From Eledone cirrhosa (lineage: Eukaryota): DNA of 64,000 bases. The stretch covers positions 6,448,001 to 6,512,000 of the forward strand of contig OZ024742.1 of the NCBI GenBank assembly GCA_964016885.1, given 5' to 3'. The notes under the pieces are model-generated. The model had not been told where the DNA came from. It saw nothing but the letters and a program-made list of their open reading frames with translations, and ran no database searches. Positions 54,461 through 64,000 of this stretch are shown here, one piece after another. Position numbers and translations under genes: made by a program. Positions within the stretch are counted from its first letter, which is position 1. Each line of letters opens with the position of its first letter.

Positions 54461-57196
54461 GATGTATAACATATTTCTTTAACCTAGTAGTTAGAGGGTT
54501 AACCAGAGCAGTTTAATGATCTATAACATATTTCTTTACCCTAGTAGTTAGAGGGTTAACCAGAGCAGTTTAGTGATCTATAACATAGTTCCTTAACATA
54601 TTAGTTAGAGGGTTAACTAGAGCAGTTTAGTGATCTATAACATAGTTCCTTAACCTAGTAGTTAGAGGGTTAACCAGAGCAGTTTAGTGATCTATAACAT
54701 AGTTCCTTACCCTAGTTATTAGAGGGTTAACCAGAGCAGTTTAATGATCTATAACATGGTTTCTTACCCTAGTAGGTAGAGGGTTAACCAGAGCTGTTTA
54801 GTGATCTATAACATGGTTTCTTACCCTAGTAGGTAGAGGGTTAAGCAGAGCATTTTAGTGATCTATAACATACTTCCTTACCCTAGTAGTTAGAGGGTTA
54901 ACCAGAGCAGTTTAGTGATGTATAACATATTTCTTTAACCTAGTAGTTAGAGGGTTAACCAGAGCAGTTTAATGATCTATAACATATTTGTTTACCCTAG
55001 TAGTTAGAGGGTTAACCAGAGCAGTTTAGTGATCTATAACATAGTTCCTTAACATATTAGTTAGAGGGTTAACTAGAGCAGTTTAGTGATCTATAACATA
55101 GTTCCTTAACCTAGAAGTTAGAGGGTTAACCAGAGCAGTTTAGTGATCTATAACATAGTTCCTGGCCCTAGAAGTTAGTGGGTTAACCAGAGCAGTTTAG
55201 TGATATATAACATAGTTTCTTAGACTTGAAGTTAGAGGTTTAACCAGAGCAGTTTAGTCATATATAACATAGTTCCCTACCCTAGTAGTTAGAGGGTTAA
55301 CCAGAGCAGTTTAGTGATCTATAACATAGTTCCTGACCCTAGAATTTAGTGGGTTAACCAGAGCAGTTTAGTGATATATAACATGGTTCCTTACCCTAGT
55401 AGGTAGAGGGTTAACCAGAGCTGTTTAGTGATCTATAACATGGCTTCTTACCCTAGTAGGTAGAGGGTTAACCAGAGCATTTTAGTGATCTATAACATAC
55501 TTCCTTACCCTAGTAGTTAGAGGGTTACCCCGTGCAGTTTAGTGATCTATAACATAGTTTCTTACCCTAGTAGTTAGAGGGTTAACCTGAGCAGTTCAGT
55601 GATCTATAACATAGTTTCTTAGCCTAGTAGTTAGAGGGTTAACCAGAGCAGTTTAGTGATCTATAACATATATCTTTACCCTAGTAGTTAGAGGGTTAAC
55701 CAGAGCAGTTTAATGATCTATAACATATTTCTTTACCCTAGTAGTTAGAGGTTTAACCAGAGCAGTTTAGTGATCTATAACATAGTTCCTTAACATATTA
55801 GTTAGAGGGTTAACTAGAGCAGTTCAGTGATCTATAACATAGATCCTTAACCTAGTAGTTAGAGGGTTAACCAGAGCAGTTTAGTGATCTATAACATATA
55901 TCTTTACCCTAGTAGTTAGAGGGTTAACCAGAGCAGTTTAATGATCTATAACATATTTCTTTACCCTAGTAGTTAGAGGTTTAACCAGAGCATTTTAGTG
56001 ATCTATAACATACTTCCTTACCCTAGTAGTTAGAGGGTTACCCCGTGCAGTTTAGTGATCTATAACATAGTTTCTTACCCTAGTAGTTAGAGGGTTAAGC
56101 AGAGCAGTTTAGTGATATGTAACATAGTTTCTTAGACTTGTAGTTAGAGGGTTAACAAGAGCAGTTTAGTGATATATAACATAGTTCCTTACCCTAGAAG
56201 TTAGAGGGTTAACCAGAGCAGTCTAGTGATCTATAACAAAGTTTCTTAGCCTAGTAGTTCGAGGGTTAACCAGAGCAGTTTAGTGATCTATAACATGGTT
56301 TCTTACCCTAGTATTTAGAGGGTTAACCTGAGCAGTTTAGTGATCTATAACATATATCTTTACCCTAGTAGTTAGAGGGTTAACCAGAGCAGTTTAGTGA
56401 TGTATAACATATTTCTTTAACCTAGTAGTTAGAGGGTTAACCAGAGCAGTTTAATGATCTATAACATATTTCTTTACCCTAGTAGTTAGAGGGTTAACCA
56501 GAGCAGTTTAATGATCTATAACATATTTCTTTACCCTAGTAGTTAGAGGGTTAACTAGAGCAGTTTAGTGATATATGACGTAGTTCCTTACCCTAGTAGT
56601 TAGAGGGTTCACCAGAGCAGTTTTGTGATATATGACATAGTTCCTTACCCTAGTAGTTAGAGGGTTAACCACAGCATTTTAGTGATATATAACATATTTT
56701 CTTAACCTAGTAGATAGAGGCTTAAGCAGAGCAGTTTAGTGATCTATAACATAGATTCTTACCCAAGTAGTTAGATGGTTAACCAGAGCAGTTTTGTGAT
56801 CTATAACATAGTTCCTTACCCTAGTAGTTAGAGGGTTAACTAGAGCAGTTTAGTGATGTATAACATTGTTCCTTAGCCTAGTAGTTAGAGGGTTAATCAA
56901 AGCAGTTTAGTGATTTATAACATGGTTTCTTACCCTAGGAGTTAGAGGGTTAACCAGAGCAGTTTAGTGATCTATAACATAGTTCCTTACCCTAGTAGTT
57001 AGAGGGTTAATCAAAGCAGTTCAGTGATTTATAACATGGTTTCTTACCCTAGGAGTTAGAGGGTTAACCAGAGCAGTTTAGTGATCTATAACATAGTTCC
57101 TTACCCTAGTAGTTAGAGGGTTAACCAGAGCAGTTTAGTGATCTATAACATAGTTTCTTACCCTAGTAGTTAGAGGGTTAACCAGAGCAGTTTAGT

Positions 57197-60100
57197 GATA
57201 TATAACAATAGTTCCTTACCCTAGTAGTTAGAGGGTTAACCAGAGCAGCTTACTGATCTATAACATAGTTCCTTACCCTAATAGGTAGAGGGTTAACCAG
57301 AGCAGTTTAGTGATCCACAACATAGTTCATTTTCCTAGTAGTTAGAGGTTAACCAGAGCAGTTTAGTGATCCACAACATAGTTCCTTATCCTAGTAGTTA
57401 GAGGGTTAACCAGAAAAGTTTAGTGATACATGACATAGTTCCTTACCCTAGTAGTTAGAGGGTTCACCAGATCAGTTTAGTGATATATGACGTAGTTCCT
57501 TATCCTAGTAGTTAGAGGGTTCACCAGAGCAGTTTAGTGATATATGACATAGTTCCTTACCCTAGTAGTTAGAGGGTTAACCACAGCAGTTTAGTGATCT
57601 ATAACATAGTTTCTTACTCTAGTAGTTAGAGGGTTAACCAGAGCAGTTTAGTGATCTATAACATAGTACCTTACCCTAGAAGTTAGAGGGTTAACCAGAG
57701 CAGTTTAGTGATCTATAACATAGTTCCTTACCCTAGAAGTTAGAGGGTTAACCAGAGCAGTTTAGTGATCTATAACATAGTTCCTGACCCTAGAAGTTAG
57801 TGGGTTAACCAGAGCAGTTTAGTGATATATAACATTGTTTCTTACCCTAGTAGTTAGAGGGTTAACCACAGCAGTTTAGTGATCTATAACATAGTTTCTT
57901 ACCCTAGTAGTTAGAGGGTTAACCAGAGCAGGTTAGTGATCTATAGCATAGTTTCTTAGCCTAGCAGTTAGAGGGTTAACCAGAGCAGTTTAGTGATCTA
58001 TAACATAGTTCCTGACCCTAGAAGTTAGTGGGTTAACCAGAGCAGTTTAGTGATCTATAACATAGTTCCTTACCCTAGAAGTTAGAGGGTTAACCAGAGC
58101 AGTTTAGTGATCTATAACATAGTTCCTGACCCTACAAGTTAGTGGGTTAACCAGAGCAGTTTAGTGATATATAACATTGTTTCTTACCCTAGTAGTTAGA
58201 GGGTTAACCACAGCAGTTTAGTGATCTATAACATAGTTCCTTACCCTAGAAGTTAGAGGGTTAACCAGAGCAGTTTAGTGATCTATAACATAGTTCCTTA
58301 CCCTAGAAGTTAGAGGGTTAACCAGAGCAGTTTAGTGATCTATAACATAGTTCCTGACCCTAGAAGTTAGTGGGTTAACCAGAGCAGTTTAGTGATATAT
58401 AACATAGTTTCTTAGACTTGAAGTTAGAGGGTTAACCAGAGCAGTTTAGTCATATATAACATAGTTCCCTACCCTAGTAGTTAGAGGGTTAACCAGAGCA
58501 GTTTAGTGATCTATAACATAGTTCCTGACCCTAGAAGTTAGTGGGTTAACCAGAGCAGTTTAGTGATATATAACATGGTTTCTTACCCCAGTAGGTAGAG
58601 GGTTAACCAGAGCTGTTTAGTGTTCTATAACATGGTTTCTTACCCTAGTAGGTAGAGGGTTAACCAGAGCATTTTAGTGATCTATAACATACTTCCTTAC
58701 CCTAGTAGTTAGAGGGTTACCCCGTGCAGTTTAGTGATCTATAACATAGTTTCCTACCCTAGTAGTTAGAGGGTAACCTGAGCAGTTCAGTGATCTATAA
58801 CATAGTTTCTTAGTTTAGTAGTTAGAGGGTTAACCAGAGCAGTTTAGTGATCTATAACATATATCTTTACCCTAGTAGTTAGAGGGTTAACCAGAGCAGT
58901 TTAATGATCTATAACATATTTCTTTACCCTAGTAGTTAGAGGGTTAACCAGAGCAGTTTAGTGATCTATAACATAGTTCCTTAACCTAGTAGTTAGAGGG
59001 TTAACCAGAGCAGTTTAGTGATCTATAAAATAGTTCCTTAACCTAGTAGTTAGAGGGTTAACCAGAGCAGTTTAGTGATCTATAACATAGTTCCTTACCC
59101 TAGTAATTAGAGGGTTAACCAGAGCAGTTTAATGATCTATAACATGGTTTCTTACCCTAGTAGGTAGAGGGTTAACCAGAGCTGTTTAGTGATCTATTAC
59201 ATGGTTTCTTACCCTAGTAGGTAGAGGGTTAAGCAGAGCATTTTAGTGATCTATAACATACTTCCTTACCCTAGTAGTTAGAGGGTTAACCAGAGCTGTT
59301 TAGTGATGTATAACATATTTCTTTAACCTAGTAGTTAGAGGGTTAACCAGAGCAGTTTAATGATCTATAACATATTTGTTTACCCTAGTAGTTAGAGGGT
59401 TAACCAGAGCAGTTTAGTGATCTATAACATAGTTCCTTAACATATTAGTTAGAGGGTTAACTAGAGCAGTTTAGTGATCTATAACATAGTTCCTTAACCT
59501 AGTAGTTAGAGGGTTAACCAGAGCAGTTTAGTGATCTATAACATAGTTCCTTACCCTAGTAATTAGAGGGTTAACCAGAGCAGTTTAATGATCTATAACA
59601 TGGTTTCTTACCCTAGTAGGTAGAGGGTTAACCAGAGCATTTAATGATCTATAACATACTTCCTTACCCTAGTAGTTAGAGGGTTAACCAGAGCAGTTTA
59701 GTGATATATAACAATAGTTCCTTACCCTAGTAGTTAGAGGGTTAACCAGAGCAGCTTACTGATCTATAACATAGTTCCTTACCCTAATAGGTAGAGGGTT
59801 AACCAGAGCAGTTTAGTGATCCACAACATAGTTCATTTTCCTAGTAGTTAGAGGTTAACCAGAGCAGTTTAGTGATCCACAACATAGTTCCTTATCCTAG
59901 TAGTTAGAGGGTTAACCAGAAAAGTTTAGTGATACATGACATAGTTCCTTACCCTAGTAGTTAGAGGGTTCACCAGATCAGTTTAGTGATATATGACGTA
60001 GTTCCTTATCCTAGTAGTTAGAGGGTTCACCAGAGCAGTTTAGTGATATATGACATAGTTCCTTACCCTAGTAGTTAGAGGGTTAACCACAGCAGTTTAG

Positions 60101-63100
60101 TGATCTATAACATAGTTTCTTACCCTAGTAGTTAGAGGGTTAACCAGAGCAGTTTAGTGATCTATAACATAGTACCTTACCCTAGAAGTTAGAGGGTTAA
60201 CCAGAGCAGTTTAGTGATCTATAACATAGTTCCTTACCCTAGAAGTTAGAGGGTTAACCAGAGCAGTTTAGTGATCTATAACATAGTTCCTGACCCTAGA
60301 AGTTAGTGGGTTAACCAGAGCAGTTTAGTGATATATAACATTGTTTCTTACCCTAGTAGTTAGAGGGTTAACCACAGCAGTTTAGTGATCTATAACATAG
60401 TTTCTTACCCTAGTAGTTAGAGGGTTAACCAGAGCAGTTTAGTGATCTATAGCATAGTTTCTTAGCCTAGCAGTTAGAGGGTTAACCAGAGCAGTTTAGT
60501 GATCTATAACATAGTTCCTGACCCTAGAAGTTAGTGGGTTAACCAGAGCAGTTTAGTGATATATAACATAGTTTCTTAGACTTGAAGTTAGAGGGTTAAC
60601 CAGAGCAGTTTAGTCATATATAACATAGTTCCCTACCCTAGTAGTTAGAGGGTTAACCAGAGCAGTTTAGTGATCTATAACATAGTTCCTGACCCTAGAA
60701 GTTAGTGGGTTAACCAGAGCAGTTTAGTGATATATAACATGGTTTCTTACCCCAGTAGGTAGAGGGTTAACCAGAGCTGTTTAGTGTTCTATAACATGGT
60801 TTCTTACCCTAGTAGGTAGAGGGTTAACCAGAGCATTTTAGTGATCTATAACATACTTCCTTACCCTAGTAGTTAGAGGGTTACCCCGTGCAGTTTAGTG
60901 ATCTATAACATAGTTTCCTACCCTAGTAGTTAGAGGGTAACCTGAGCAGTTCAGTGATCTATAACATAGTTTCTTAGTTTAGTAGTTAGAGGGTTAACCA
61001 GAGCAGTTTAGTGATCTATAACATATATCTTTACCCTAGTAGTTAGAGGGTTAACCAGAGCAGTTTAATGATCTATAACATATTTCTTTACCCTAGTAGT
61101 TAGAGGGTTAACCAGAGCAGTTTAGTGATCTATAACATAGTTCCTTAACCTAGTAGTTAGAGGGTTAACCAGAGCAGTTTAGTGATCTATAAAATAGTTC
61201 CTTAACCTAGTAGTTAGAGGGTTAACCAGAGCAGTTTAGTGATCTATAACATAGTTCCTTACCCTAGTAATTAGAGGGTTAACCAGAGCAGTTTAATGAT
61301 CTATAACATGGTTTCTTACCCTAGTAGGTAGAGGGTTAACCAGAGCTGTTTAGTGATCTATTACATGGTTTCTTACCCTAGTAGGTAGAGGGTTAAGCAG
61401 AGCATTTTAGTGATCTATAACATACTTCCTTACCCTAGTAGTTAGAGGGTTAACCAGAGCTGTTTAGTGATGTATAACATATTTCTTTAACCTAGTAGTT
61501 AGAGGGTTAACCAGAGCAGTTTAATGATCTATAACATATTTGTTTACCCTAGTAGTTAGAGGGTTAACCAGAGCAGTTTAGTGATCTATAACATAGTTCC
61601 TTAACATATTAGTTAGAGGGTTAACTAGAGCAGTTTAGTGATCTATAACATAGTTCCTTAACCTAGTAGTTAGAGGGTTAACCAGAGCAGTTTAGTGATC
61701 TATAACATAGTTCCTTACCCTAGTAATTAGAGGGTTAACCAGAGCAGTTTAATGATCTATAACATGGTTTCTTACCCTAGTAGGTAGAGGGTTAACCAGA
61801 GCATTTAATGATCTATAACATACTTCCTTACCCTAGTAGTTAGAGGGTTAACCAGAGCAGTTTAGTGATATATAACAATAGTTCCTTACCCTAGTAGTTA
61901 GAGGGTTAACCAGAGCAGCTTACTGATCTATAACATAGTTCCTTACCCTAATAGGTAGAGGGTTAACCAGAGCAGTTTAGTGATCCACAACATAGTTCAT
62001 TTTCCTAGTAGTTAGAGGTTAACCAGAGCAGTTTAGTGATCCACAACATAGTTCCTTATCCTAGTAGTTAGAGGGTTAACCAGAAAAGTTTAGTGATACA
62101 TGACATAGTTCCTTACCCTAGTAGTTAGAGGGTTCACCAGATCAGTTTAGTGATATATGACGTAGTTCCTTATCCTAGTAGTTAGAGGGTTCACCAGAGC
62201 AGTTTAGTGATATATGACATAGTTCCTTACCCTAGTAGTTAGAGGGTTAACCACAGCAGTTTAGTGATCTATAACATAGTTTCTTACCCTAGTAGTTAGA
62301 GGGTTAACCAGAGCAGTTTAGTGATCTATAACATAGTACCTTACCCTAGAAGTTAGAGGGTTAACCAGAGCAGTTTAGTGATCTATAACATAGTTCCTTA
62401 CCCTAGAAGTTAGAGGGTTAACCAGAGCAGTTTAGTGATCTATAACATAGTTCCTGACCCTAGAAGTTAGTGGGTTAACCAGAGCAGTTTAGTGATATAT
62501 AACATTGTTTCTTACCCTAGTAGTTAGAGGGTTAACCACAGCAGTTTAGTGATCTATAACATAGTTTCTTACCCTAGTAGTTAGAGGGTTAACCAGAGCA
62601 GTTTAGTGATCTATAGCATAGTTTCTTAGCCTAGCAGTTAGAGGGTTAACCAGAGCAGTTTAGTGATCTATAACATAGTTCCTGACCCTAGAAGTTAGTG
62701 GGTTAACCAGAGCAGTTTAGTGATCTATAACATAGTTCCTTACCCTAGAAGTTAGAGGGTTAACCAGAGCAGTTTAGTGATCTATAACATAGTTCCTGAC
62801 CCTACAAGTTAGTGGGTTAACCAGAGCAGTTTAGTGATATATAACATTGTTTCTTACCCTAGTAGTTAGAGGGTTAACCACAGCAGTTTAGTGATCTATA
62901 ACATAGTTCCTTACCCTAGAAGTTAGAGGGTTAACCAGAGCAGTTTAGTGATCTATAACATAGTTCCTTACCCTAGAAGTTAGAGGGTTAACCAGAGCAG
63001 TTTAGTGATCTAAAACATAGTTCCTGACCCTAGAAGTTAGTGGGTTAACCAGAGCAGTTTAGTGATATATAACATAGTTTCTTAGACTTGAAGTTAGAGG

Positions 63101-64000
63101 GTTAACCAGAGCAGTTTAGTCATATATAACATAGTTCCCTACCCTAGTAGTTAGAGGGTTAACCAGAGCAGTTTAGTGATCTATAACATAGTTTCCTACC
63201 CTAGTAGTTAGAGGGTAACCTGAGCAGTTCAGTGATCTATAACATAGTTTCTTAGTTTAGTAGTTAGAGGGTTAACCAGAGCTGTTTAGTGATCTATAAC
63301 ATATTTGTTTACCCTAGTAGTTAGAGGGTTAACCAGAGCAGTTTAGTGATCTATAACATAGTTCCTTAACATATTAGTTAGAGGGTTAACTAGAGCAGTT
63401 TAGTGATCTATAACATAGTTCCTTAACCTAGTAGTTAGAGGGTTAACCAGAGCAGTTTAGTGATCTATAACATAGTTCCTTACCCTAGTAATTAGAGGGT
63501 TAACCAGAGCAGTTTAATGATCTATAACATGGTTTCTTACCCTAGTAGGTAGAGGGTTAAGCAGAGCATTTTAGTGATCTATAACATACTTCCTTACCCT
63601 AGTAGTTAGAGGGTTAACCAGAGCTGTTTAGTGATGTATAACATATTTCTTTAACCTAGTAGTTAGAGGGTTAACCAGAGCAGTTTAATGATCTATAACA
63701 TATTTGTTTACCCTAGTAGTTAGAGGGTTAACCAGAGCAGTTTAGTGATCTATAACATAGTTCCTTAACATATTAGTTAGAGGGTTAACTAGAGCAGTTT
63801 AGTGATCTATAACATAGTTCCTTAACCTAGTAGTTAGAGGGTTAACCAGAGCAGTTTAGTGATCTATAACATAGTTCCTTACCCTAGTAATTAGAGGGTT
63901 AACCAGAGCAGTTTAATGATCTATAACATGGTTTCTTACCCTAGTAGGTAGAGGGTTAACCAGAGCATTTAATGATCTATAACATACTTCCTTACCCTAG
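57197..64000. repeat. Higher-order triplication; units start at 57197, 59703 and 61867 (44- and 38-monomer units, third rearranged and truncated by the window edge)
   Basis: TAGTGATACA at 57421, 59927, 62091 (offsets 2506 and 2164). Shared variants ATAGTACC, CTATAGCATA, AATAGGTAG and GGGTAACCTG occur in all three copies. Confidence 0.9.

Larger units (their letters stand above)
1..64000. repeat. 57-bp tandem satellite array (~1,120 head-to-tail monomers), extends beyond both window edges
   Basis: GATCTATAAC recurs at 1, 58 and onward every 57 bp throughout. Consensus GATCTATAACATAGTTYCTTACCCTAGTAGTTAGAGGGTTAACCAGAGCAGTTTAGT. Monomers typically differ by 0-5 substitutions, with occasional 56- or 58-bp units. 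No non-repeat interruption or strand switch seen. Confidence 0.99.

Noticed and set aside
1-64000. Giant repeat-protein CDS (57 bp = 19 codons; frame +2 has only one TAG and one reverse frame only one TAA per unit, so they would be open under stop-reassigned codes)
   Set aside because: All six consensus frames have stops in the standard code. Uncompensated 1-bp indels recur every few kb, and I see no obvious third-position bias in the variants.
1-64000. CRISPR array
   Set aside because: No unique spacers: the entire 57-bp unit is repeated with only point variants. No leader or cas genes are present.
1-64000. Sequencing or rolling-circle concatemer artefact of a single 57-mer
   Set aside because: Variants are shared, ordered and hierarchically inherited across blocks, which random error would not produce. 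Individual perfect duplications still need read validation.
1-64000. Canonical telomere tract or G-quadruplex array
   Set aside because: No tandem TTAGGG-type repeats, and only one GGG run per strand per 57 bp.
1-64000. Tandem tRNA, 5S, snRNA or spliced-leader gene array
   Set aside because: The unit is too short, with no cloverleaf, Pol III boxes or recognisable RNA family motif.

Overview
The whole 64-kb window is one uninterrupted, single-orientation tandem satellite array of about 1,120 copies of a 57-bp monomer. The consensus is GATCTATAACATAGTT(C/T)CTTACCCTAGTAGTTAGAGGGTTAACCAGAGCAGTTTAGT (about 39% GC, no CpG). I see no genes, RNA genes, transposon insertions, inversions or unique sequence, and all six frames of the consensus contain stops. 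The informative structure lies in the variants. Diagnostic monomer variants recur in ordered cassettes, and the array is built from nested, overlapping multi-kilobase tandem duplications (periods 3531, 2960, 3020, 1994, 4499, 3933 and 2506/2164 bp, or 35-79 monomers) whose relative order can be partly reconstructed. The monomer carries a hairpin-capable dyad, an 8-bp palindrome (GGTTAACC), telomere-like motifs on both strands and traces of a ~19-20-bp ancestral subunit. It is most consistent with eukaryotic centromeric, pericentromeric or subtelomeric satellite DNA. I do not recognise the family or organism. Offsets were counted by eye from marker variants and should be confirmed computationally.
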